DNA from: Phoronis australis
Lineage: Eukaryota; Animalia; Phoronida
Reading direction: 5' to 3'
Length of the DNA: 64,000 nt
NCBI GenBank assembly: GCA_002633005.1
Contig: NMRA01000004.1
Span: forward strand, 1,595,144 to 1,659,143
Under the pieces are notes generated by a model. It had not been told where the DNA came from, did no database searches, and saw nothing but the letters and a program-made list of their open reading frames with translations. This document shows, in pieces, positions 49,501 through 58,612 of this stretch. Made by a program: the position numbers and the translations under genes. Position 1 is the stretch's first letter. Each line of letters begins with the position of its first letter.

Positions 49501-52500
49501 ATAATTCCATCCCCAGGACTGAAGAGCACACCGTAAAGATCTTCTGTGTTCATCAACGGGAACGCTTTCTTTGTTTCTTCCGGTGAAAGGATGTGCGACT
49601 CGATACCAAAATATTTTCCTAGCTGAGTAAATGATAACAGAGACTAGATGTGATGACACGATTGCATTGCTACCGCAACAGTTAAATGCTAACAAAGCTT
49701 ATCATCCACATCACGCTTTCCGGTAGTCAAGCGCTAACAATATAAAAATGTATACAGGATAATTACAGACAATGGCATTATGGAGGCTATTACAAACAAC
49801 CTGTACGAAAGGCATGTACATGTAGATTATTTGCCTAACAAGCTACTGTACATGATTAGAGCTCATCTGGTAATTTGAGCTCAAGAGTACCAACTACAAA
49901 CATTAACTACCATGCAAAGGGAATAACTCAGGAGCAGAGATCAGTTTCAATTTTTTTTGCCAACTTGTATGAAACAGTTTTGCTTTTAACTTGACATAAT
50001 CAAGCTGTCTTTGAGTTATTGACGACAGTAAAGCTTGACGTATACTGTAAAGTAATTGGACACGAGTCGTGTCTTAGTTTAATTTGGACCAAGGTTTTTC
50101 TAGGTCGTTCACGGGGTACTTCAGAGACGGTGGGTTTCACCTTACTTCTGTCACTTACAAAATAACCTACCAAGTTATAGATAGCTTAATTTAGCCCCGC
50201 GACGCGTGCAACTAAAATGATCAAGTTCCAAAACACCAACATGCTTTCAATTGCCCTCACAGTGATATGGCCTTGTTTAGAGAAGTTTTACCCTTATAAA
50301 ATGAGCGCGTTGTTCACAAGCTTTACTGAGAAATATTCTTATCGTGTATCAACATTAAAACAATTTGTTGACAAGGTTTAGTTACTGTACCTTTTATTAT
50401 GCTAAAGAAACGTGCAACAGAGGGCGCTTTTCGCACACAGTTGCATTGTTAGCAGCACGTGACAAGATCATCATTTTCTTTCACACATTACACAAACTCA
50501 CAGACATCATTTGTTTGTATTCCTCCAGTCTCTCTTTATCCGACGCGATGAACATGCCGCCATTTTCAATCCACCCAGTGCTGACCCCAGTCTCAGCTTC
50601 CAGACTCTTCATGAGGTCACGACTGCGAGCCAGTAGCTGAACATCGGTGTCGTTGGGACGGAGACGCCACACCAGCCCTGTTTTTACCAAACCAGTAGAA
50701 CACGTACGTTATAGCCAAGATATGTCCCCCAAAGGAATCATCACCCCCACAAGGTCAGTGCACACAGTCAAAGTTAAATTCACTGGCAATGAAGATCACT
50801 CTCCGAATAGATATTTTACTCATTCAGCAGATAATTGATCAATCACTGTCCATTGGAAGTCACCCAGACAGGTGATTATTGCAAGCCAGTGAAATACAGT
50901 GAGCGTCCGACTCTTTTTGTAACCATCGCAATGAGTGAGTCAACAATCATATAAATTTACAGCAACTAGAGGAATTGCGGAAAAATGGTTAATCAATGGT
51001 CTAAAGAAAATGGCGATCGCCAAAGGCCACGTAGTAAAAAGAGTCTTCATTTAGAGTTTTCTGCCGCGCGGCGGCACGCAGATAATGTCCCTGTGTGTAA
51101 AATGCTAAAACAGTTACGTGACATCTAGCTGTGTTGATACACAAAACATACTGCATCAGGATGACAGGGGTGTTGAAACCTTTTAAAGATAAATCTTGCG
51201 TTTTGTCAACGCAGTAAAGGTAGGACCAGATTTGGAGACCAGCAGCTCGCCAATGTGACCTCACATTTTGTTTAGCGACCTGGCAAAGTCGCACGAAGTC
51301 GCAGAAATTTTTGCCCAGTTGCAATCAAGTCAGAAGATTAATTCTTCTGAAATTCAGTTTGAAATTTGTGGTTACTTCGAAACTTTAAAAATAATAAGGT
51401 TTTTCCCAAATTCAACACCGTTGGTTCGCAACTGTTCTGGCTCAAATTACTGACGGGAGTCCAAACTGTTCAGCAGACCGGAAGAGCTCTTTTGTGACGC
51501 ATGCACAGACACATACGAAACGAGCCCAAATCATCCTTTGGATGTGTTTCATGTCTGTGTATGTGTGAACTTCAGTCGGAACAGAAAGTTATACGACTGT
51601 CAGAATTGAGAATGCCGTCGAATGCTCCGTAATACACCCCTGTAATAATAGGGAGACAGAACACAGACTGGGAACGACATCGCGCATGTCATTTTAAACC
51701 TGCTTAACCGGAAGCCAAGACTTTCAACCGTTTGTAAATCAAATTCTATTGCTGTTCGGATCAAAGATTACACATGCACAGATATGAATCATATCCGACT
51801 AATAATTTGAGGCTACGAAAATACCCGAGGCAGTCGAAGTGGCACAGACAACGTGTTTTGGTCGCCTGCTTTACTATTAGGTAAGAGCCGAGCCGAAGAG
51901 AAATTTGGTCATCACTGAGCACACGATTTTCCGTTCGACTAAACTAAAAAACGCCGGCCGGGCGTTCATGTGTACCCAGTTGCCCCGGTATTTAAATTTT
52001 TCCGGTCTGTTAGTTTCAACTGTTGCCAACTATGCATTACGTGTGAAGGTCACGACCTTCGCACTCTCGCTTATAGGGTTGCCTCGTTTTGGCGAGCTAA
52101 TTTCCCATTTGGTGATCCGGAAATTTTGCCAGGTCCCATTTGGCGAGTTGAAGTGTGCTAAACGTCGAGCCACACGCAGAGTCAAGCATTCGCCGTTCGT
52201 GGTTTACAACACGCGAGTCGTTTCGTTAAATTGCGAAATTACCTAACTAATCAGGCACCGGTACGAAGGATAAATACACCCTGGTAGTTTTAATGGTAAC
52301 AAAAGCATTTATTCCCTGATTGCAGTCAACAGTTCAAGTGGAAGTACGTGTAAAAATTTTGCCAAAATACATGTAGTACAAAGAAACACGTGTATATTTG
52401 AACAGACTTTTACCCTTAAACTTTGTTGAAACGACGGTTGGACCACTTACACTTATGAAATTTCTCTCTCATTGTTCCTCTCATAAATCATGCGCGCAAC

Positions 52501-54138
52501 CAGCCTAAAATATAGGGGGGCTCGAATTTTTCGGTATGCGGACCTTAATTTTGTTGACAAAAGTCAACGAGGACTAAAAAAACAAAAAGCGGGTCACTAG
52601 GTTCAGGCCTACGAGTTGTGCATCTGCGCAGAATTCCTGTGGACTTTGTGGACTGTTGTCTCTTTTACTCGGACATTTTGTTTTGCTGAGACAGACATTT
52701 TCGCCCAATTCGTCAAATTGGGGGGGGCTGTGCGCCCATGTAAATTAGTGTTAATCGGCCATTGAAGTGACTGATAGGTCGTCATTGGTTCTGTGAGATC
52801 AAGCTTTACGACCTCTGTGTAAACCCAAGAATTACTCTTCCTCCGTGTGACGAACAAGTTGAGACCAATTTTATAACGGTTAAGTGGTCCAAACCAGATG
52901 GACACTTGGATGGAACGCGGGTTTATAGGTCAACCAGTATCGATTATTTCAGGGCTGCATCTCTCATTTTAGAGGTTACGAGAAATACAGTGTATGAAGA
53001 CTGCAGCAGTGCATTGTGCCTGTGATTGCGGGAGTCATGCACAGTCGTAGGGATTAAAAGTAAAAGTTCACCGTTGGTATGCCATGTTGTCCCCGCAGTC
53101 AGTTGGTCTTTTTCTATGAGAACACAGTTGGTTACTCCCAGCTTCGTTAAATGGTACAACACACTACAACCGATCACACCGCCCCCTATGATCACCACGT
53201 CTGCACTCTTTGGAATGGGGATCACATTATCTTTGACTCCCTCTGAAGTCCTGTAAGTGATTCTTGGAATACACACTATGTTACAGAAGTTCCAAACAAC
53301 AGGTAAAAGACATAAACAGTGTTTTTTTTCTTTTAGTATCAAACTAAAATTTTTCTTTTAAAATACGACATTGGTCCTAATGTCTCGTATATAAGAAAAT
53401 ATTGGCCCAATATCTGGATACATTTATGAAATGGCTTATCGTTTCTTCAGATATAAATCCAGTCGTTATTTTTCCTGTTGTTGCGAATTAACAATAACAA
53501 CAATAACGAGAAGTGGTAGAGCGAAATCTGCATTTTGCGTTGTTTCTTTAAAAAAGTAATTACAGGCGGTCTGGTGCACGCTGTATTGATATAATTATAG
53601 TTAAAACCGAGCTGAGGAGCTAGAAACCTGACTCAGGGGTCTAGCAGCGTGACCCAATGGGACTTGAACCCACGACCTCACAATAGGCCACACTACCTCC
53701 TCTTTTGCGTTGTTTAACTTGCTAAAACGACTATACCGACCCTCATATAAGATCGGTCTCATAAAAGTCCTTACCGTGATAGAATTCCGTTCTGTTGCCA
53801 ACAAAAACATGGAAACTATCAGCAAATCAAGAAAATGATTCAGAATTTATCATGATTGGCCAACACCAAAATTCAAAAATGGTGCACATAGACATTGTCT
53901 GTGTCTTAAATTGATCCGGGAAATATAAATATATTACGTACAGTAAAGAATATACGGAGACCGATTTGAACTAGTAAAAGGTCAAATTGATTTTCGTTTT
54001 TTAGCCAGCTTAACATGGCGCAAAGCAGTTTTAACAAGCTTACGTGTATGATTTTGCAGCAGACACAGGCGAACAGTACCGAGGTATGGTGAAGACTTGT
54101 TTAGTCCATGGCAAGCACAACCTGACTTTAGATATCAT
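31467..54138 (-). CDS. SARDH: Sarcosine dehydrogenase-like gene, copy 1 (spliced, about 20 coding exons, about 887 aa)
   Basis: Hand-assembled GT-AG exons with consistent phases: 54080-54138 (tentative), 53072-53250, 50502-50677, 49443-49622, 48560-48683, 47764-47969, 46592-46721, 45905-46003 (or 44154-44252), 45623-45701 (or 43727-43805), 42447-42588, 42145-42228, 41318-41431, 40794-40932, 38814-38924, 37312-37459, 36500-36569, 35836-36022, 32901-33069, 31754-31914, 31467-31573. These total 2664 nt and are open to a TAA. Motifs [61 protein letters not shown] match SARDH as I recall it. Confidence 0.93.
31754..31914 (-). CDS. SARDH: SARDH copy 1 exon
   Basis: [38 protein letters not shown]. 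Confidence 0.93.
32280..32600 (+). mobile_element. Old CR1/L2-like RT C-terminal fragment
   Basis: Degenerate YKYLG, NSSLTW, LLHFDYC, EKLQN motifs. Confidence 0.5.
32901..33069 (-). CDS. SARDH: SARDH copy 1 exon
   Basis: [27 protein letters not shown]...FLGREA...KRLACFSID. Confidence 0.92.
34545..35380. mobile_element. Degenerate non-autonomous DNA transposon with inverted arrays of ~15-bp subterminal repeats
   Basis: Left units resemble CCGAAGGTTCACTACT (34545-34620); right units are GGAATAGTGAACCTTC (35297-35370). Confidence 0.55.
35836..36022 (-). CDS. SARDH: SARDH copy 1 exon
   Basis: [23 protein letters not shown]...[14 protein letters not shown]. Confidence 0.93.
36500..36569 (-). 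CDS. SARDH: SARDH copy 1 exon
   Basis: [24 protein letters not shown]. Confidence 0.9.
37312..37459 (-). CDS. SARDH: SARDH copy 1 exon
   Basis: [20 protein letters not shown]...[10 protein letters not shown]. Confidence 0.92.
37661..38332. mobile_element. Foldback (near-palindromic) non-autonomous DNA transposon with 8-bp TSD
   Basis: Arms of about 320 bp are reverse complements (CACAGGCGTCCTCAG...CTGAGGACGCCTGTG) around a short loop near 37980-38010. Direct repeat ATTTTGCA at 37653-37660 and 38333-38340. Confidence 0.9.
38814..38924 (-). CDS. SARDH: SARDH copy 1 exon
   Basis: [37 protein letters not shown]. Confidence 0.92.
40794..40932 (-). CDS. SARDH: SARDH copy 1 exon (start of the GcvT-like folate domain)
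   Basis: [46 protein letters not shown]. Confidence 0.93.
41318..41431 (-). CDS. SARDH: SARDH copy 1 exon
   Basis: [38 protein letters not shown]; this frame is not in the ORF track. Confidence 0.92.
41773..41880. repeat. Two abutting loopless palindromes (48 bp with one mismatch; 62 bp perfect)
   Basis: 41773-41820 is centred on GTG|CAC; 41819-41880 is centred on CTCA|TGAG. Confidence 0.95.
42145..42228 (-). CDS. SARDH: SARDH copy 1 exon
   Basis: [28 protein letters not shown]. Confidence 0.93.
42447..42588 (-). CDS. SARDH: SARDH copy 1 exon
   Basis: [47 protein letters not shown]. Confidence 0.93.
43727..43805 (-). CDS. SARDH: SARDH copy 1 exon, second copy (duplicated block A)
   Basis: Same peptide as 45623-45701, with two synonymous differences. 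Confidence 0.8.
44154..44252 (-). CDS. SARDH: SARDH copy 1 exon, second copy (duplicated block A)
   Basis: Identical to 45905-46003. Confidence 0.8.
45623..45701 (-). CDS. SARDH: SARDH copy 1 exon (in duplicated block B)
   Basis: [27 protein letters not shown]. Confidence 0.86.
45905..46003 (-). CDS. SARDH: SARDH copy 1 exon (in duplicated block B)
   Basis: [33 protein letters not shown]. Confidence 0.88.
46592..46721 (-). CDS. SARDH: SARDH copy 1 exon
   Basis: [17 protein letters not shown]...[17 protein letters not shown]. Confidence 0.93.
47456..47677. mobile_element. MITE family X (5-bp TSD TATCA), opposite orientation
   Basis: CAAGCGCGCACCCAGG...CCTGGGTGCGTGCACG, internal AAAATTCGAGCCCCC, flanking TATCA. 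Confidence 0.8.
47764..47969 (-). CDS. SARDH: SARDH copy 1 exon (active-site region)
   Basis: [28 protein letters not shown]...[17 protein letters not shown]...GGYEPNP. Confidence 0.93.
48560..48683 (-). CDS. SARDH: SARDH copy 1 exon
   Basis: [27 protein letters not shown]...VVNCT. Confidence 0.92.
49443..49622 (-). CDS. SARDH: SARDH copy 1 exon
   Basis: [31 protein letters not shown]...DGIIDPTG. Confidence 0.93.
50502..50677 (-). CDS. SARDH: SARDH copy 1 exon
   Basis: [16 protein letters not shown]...[13 protein letters not shown]; AG/GT bounded. Confidence 0.93.
52489..52740. mobile_element. MITE family X (5-bp TSD TAAAT)
   Basis: CATGCGCGCAAC...GTGCGCCCATG, internal GGGGGCTCGAATTTT, flanking TAAAT. 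Confidence 0.8.
53072..53250 (-). CDS. SARDH: SARDH copy 1 exon (FAD-binding GxGxxG motif, flavinylated His)
   Basis: [24 protein letters not shown]...[10 protein letters not shown]; AG/GT bounded. Confidence 0.93.
53620..53700 (-). mobile_element. tRNA-derived SINE head fragment
   Basis: A-box-like GTGTGGCCTATTG and B-box GGTTCAAGTCCC, followed by CCCCTGAGTCAGG; no cloverleaf. Confidence 0.4.
54080..54138 (-). CDS. SARDH: Candidate first coding exon of SARDH copy 1 ([20 protein letters not shown], mitochondrial presequence-like)
   Basis: ATG followed by a basic peptide with no acidic residues. Its phase-2 donor CG|GTACTG matches the phase-2 acceptor at 53250. Confidence 0.5.
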
Positions 54139-57100
54139 GATGCCCCTCACTAGCAAGTGTACACGTGACCTAGTCTGGAAATAAGTATCGACACTCTAGC
54201 AGTGTTGAACGTGACTTTCACCCGTTAGGACGCATTATGGCGAAATATACCTCATGACATCGAGTTTACGTGGGAAACGTAAAATGTGCGAATCCAGGAT
54301 TTTTGTAAAAGAATCGGTGAATATAATGATGTGGGGTCCCAAGGATTACCTGTGACAGAGAAAAGCAGTACAGTTCGAAAACATAGGGTAATAAGAGTAA
54401 TTATTAAAGCTATTATATAGGGCCGCACTAAAATTCAGTGAGTAACCAAATGAGAACAAAAGTCTCGCCACAGTGTAACACGAAATGTTAACAATACATC
54501 CCCCTCGACAAAAACCGTTGTATGAAAACAACCGGGTAGGACTTCGAGAGCCTCAGTGCGGGTGTTCGGTCTCACGACATACATTGCATGACCGGTTCGT
54601 TGACGTACTGATCTCAACATCATAAAGGACGGTCATCAGCTCAGGTCAACGCCCCATGTCAATGCGAGATGATTCTTTTTCTCTAATCATAATAAACGAC
54701 TCCCGCAAAACCAGCTATAGTAGACACACCTGTATCATACAACGGTGCGTATATAGGTTCTGTGACTGCTACTGAGGGCCGGAGACACGTGAACAGCTGT
54801 ATGCAAAAGTTTACAACATCATTTTTTGCCATTTGATTACTGGCTACCGGATACTGTACACGTTACCTAGCTGAGAGGCTGTCTATCTTCTCCGTATCCA
54901 ATGCTGAACTCTGGTCCAAAACAATTATTTCCAGTATAGTACACATGAAGTCGAAGGTTTGTCGACAGCAACACAGATACTTGGCCGCATTACGAGCCAA
55001 ACCACATTATGTACGTAAAGATCAAATTAAAGAACATAGACTACAAACGCGTTGGTAGCTTCTTCACACGGTGTTCACGACAGAAGAGTTTAATTGTCCA
55101 GGAATTGGTGACTGCAAACTGTTGTCTCGTAATAACAGTGACCTCGTTTTTACGCTTTCAGATGTTGGTGAGCAGCTGGTTGAAACTGGGTCTTGATATC
55201 CCGGGGGGTTTTCTCGCACAGGCTAGCTATGTGTGCCCTCTTCGTTGGCGTCTCTGGTCGATCGGTTTTGTTCGGATGGAAATTTGACGTCTCGGGTAGG
55301 TCATTCACTGGTTTGGATTTTTAGTGTCGGTGGTTCCTGGTAGGTGTAAATGAACAAACATGAATAATAACGTGAGAGCCTCCCCAGACAGTGGCGTATG
55401 CTAGCGAGGCGCTCTGTGAATGTATCGCTCGAGTCAGTCCTTAGCGTATGTCGTTATTAAGTGCCTGTTCTGCCAATATTTTATTGACAAAAGGTTTGTC
55501 TGAAGTTGTATGTCTCTAGTCTAATGCCGGGACAGAGTTGGGAGGCCAGTAGAAAAAACACACTAGTGAATGGTGTGGCCAAAACAGTGAATGGTGTGCT
55601 CAAAAAGAAACTTTGTGGTGGAATAACATTATTAGCTGCTCATTGCAATGCATGATAACTGCATTCTCTATAACATACGCTAATATGTTACGAAGTGTTG
55701 TCTGAAAAAGGTCCGGCTAAGACATCCAATGGGTTATTGATGACCCTTTCCGGTACACAGACCAATCAGACGTCTTTGCTAGACGACCCGGCGGAACCTG
55801 CAAAGTCAATCAAGTGCACCTAATGGATGGACAGACGGGACCATATAAAGTGTGGAGAACTTTAAATATGCGATTTAGTAACGACCACTGATTCATCAGC
55901 AGAAAGTTTGATACAAAATTAAGTCACAAAAATCACTGTTGCGAAAACAGAATCACTACTGAAAAATATTCGCTGATGCTTGCAGTATTTGAAATGGTTA
56001 TCAACAGACCTTCAAAGTTGACAAGTTTTTCATCATTCACTATGTTATTGAAAATGACCTAGTGCGCTTTTCAATTTCTGAGCTTGTGGTTAGCTCAAGA
56101 GGTAGCTGGCAGTAATAACTTTTGCAAAATAATGTTCTTCAGGAGCTGCACTTATACCCAAAACACGTCTTTAAATGCGGTGTGCTTTCGAATATCAAAT
56201 GCATATGTTTCTGAGCACACACGGGAAAATAAAGTTGCCCCCGACATGGTCAGAGGATGAAAAGACGTGAGTTACGGTCAGTGGTTTAGTGGTTATAAAC
56301 AGCTGACGCCTTTGAATGGTGGATCCCTAGTGAGGCCTATCTTCAAGCCAAGAAAACGACAAAACCACTACCTGCCTCGAGATTCACGTCCTCTCGTAGC
56401 GTTCGCCGTATCGTAAGTTATGGAAACGGCGATTTACGTGGAAAAGGCAAGAATATAGGCTAACAAACCACTTAAGATATTAATTCAAAAATCCGGAATT
56501 GTTATAGCCCTAGTTCCCCGTACAGGTTGTATGGCTGAGCCTGTCGAAGTAATACAGTGTGGCTCAGTAGTGATGAATACCTGGGGGGGTTCTGTTTGGT
56601 CAATTTTGATAAGGGTGCGATGCAGAACTGTACTCGAAATCACTCGGGTTGGGCCCCAACAAATAAGTGCACAGGGGAAATTGACAGTATTTTAGATTGC
56701 ACGAAGCCGACTGCGTACCGCCGCGCGGCAAGGAGCAGCGAATCGAGTCAAACTGGAAATGAGTGAGGCAGCCGCTGAAGCAGTTACGCAATAATCGTCA
56801 AAAGCAAGACACGCTATAACGCGCCGCATGAAATCTGTCCAAGACAAACATTGCCAGTCACTTGCATAAGATTGCTTGAAAGCCTACCTTAACTGTAAAA
56901 GTGTAAATTTAGCCCTTTACAGTTTGACCATACTGGAGTGGGTGTCGCGAACTGCCAATGAATTCAAGCAGGCTCAGTCATTCGTTTGCGTCACCACCGC
57001 GAGCTACATGTAGCCGCGAACAACCTGCAGTATTTAATAGGCACTTACATGTACTGGTACCCGCGGCCGAGTGTTCATAACTACCGAGATCTGACGCTGT

Positions 57101-58448
57101 TCCGTTTATTCTCAGCCACACAATGAGGTACATAAAGAGTTCACCTCTTCATTTTACGCGACAACATTTGAATGTTTAAATCGTGTTTCCTTATGTTCCT
57201 GATGAGGACAAGGAGAGACAAGTTTGAGTTCTCTTATTATACGCTAATCTACTGCAATTTTAAGAAGTCTAAATGCCACTAGAATACTAAATTAAAAAGT
57301 CCTTTTGCGTTTAGGAGGCAAAATATTTTTTTCCTACACACAAGGAAAACTTGGTTCTACTTCGCGTGTTCTTTTCGTTTCATATGTATTAGATTCAAGT
57401 TCAATAATATTTCATGTGTAAAATATATCATAGCGTTGTAAACTTCCACGTGACTATTAGTTTGGTTTCATCAACCGTTCATGATGTAAGTCCGCCTCTT
57501 CACACGTGGCCAGTTTGTTCCTGGGCGGCGTACTCAGGCCTTGCAATTCTGTTTTGGAAAAAATCTGAGAGGTTAAAAACGGCCAACGTAAAGCCAACTG
57601 TTAAGTACGGGATAAGTTATTCATGTACCTAAATGAATGACGTTTCTTAATAAATCCAGACAAGGTTTTATTTACAGGAGTTCATGACGTTAATCCATTT
57701 TAAACGGATGTGTGTGTGGGCGCAGGTGAATGCGTGAATGAAAGTCAGTGCATGTAAAAAATGTATTTTAAAGTCAAAAACAAATCGTGGAAATAAAAGA
57801 ACTGAACTAGCCTTATATCCAATCTGAATGTCTCGGATATCTCTTTTATTCACGTGAGTACCAAATATGTTGAGATTACTCTCTCACTCTCATTTACACC
57901 TTCTGATCATATTAAAACACTCTCAAACGTAGTCTCACAAAATGTACAGTCACTACGAAGCACATGTTAGCGCGGCAAGGTTTGAAAGAAACCATCGGTC
58001 ATATGGCGGGTGTCCCTTGCCTCCAGTATGTTACTTTCGGCCCTTTGAATAGTGCATCAAGCCTTGGTGTCACGTACATGTACAGCATCCGAGGTAAACA
58101 ATTATGAAACGTCTTCATTCAAATTCAAACAAAAGTTAACAAATTTCAAACTCAGCGCACAACTGTTGCGGAAAACCTATGCAGTTATCAGAGAATGTTC
58201 ATGTATATAGGACAATTCCACCGAATACGTGATTGCCTTTGTCGGCAATTGGCGATTTGTAATGAAGTCACAAAAACAAAACGGGTTTTGCTGCTTTAAA
58301 GTGCTGGTCAACCGTAATACCTTAAAGAAGTGTATATCACCATAGTACCTTAAAGAAGTCCATATTACCCAACATTAATCACAAAATGTGGTTTCGGTCT
58401 TAAAACCGGTTGTGTTATTTTGACTGACGAGAATAGGAGACTTAGCAG

Positions 58449-58612
58449 TCAGGATTTAGATGCAATTTTTAGATTTGACGTCATCACAGTACCCACTGTC
58501 GACCTTAACTTGTCGTAGAACCCTTGAACTCTGAGATGTTTGGGGTCAAAGGGCGACTTGGTGTAAACTTTGGCAGGATACACAGTTCCCATTCTTTCAA
58601 TGGTGTAGACAC
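58449..58612 (-). CDS. SARDH: SARDH copy 2 last coding exon
   Basis: [54 protein letters not shown]. Confidence 0.9.

Noticed and set aside
31467-54138. Bacterial gcvT/dimethylglycine oxidase, horizontal transfer, or DMGDH/PDPR identity
   Set aside because: The gene has about 19 spliceosomal introns, and its motifs ([30 protein letters not shown]) match SARDH rather than DMGDH or PDPR.
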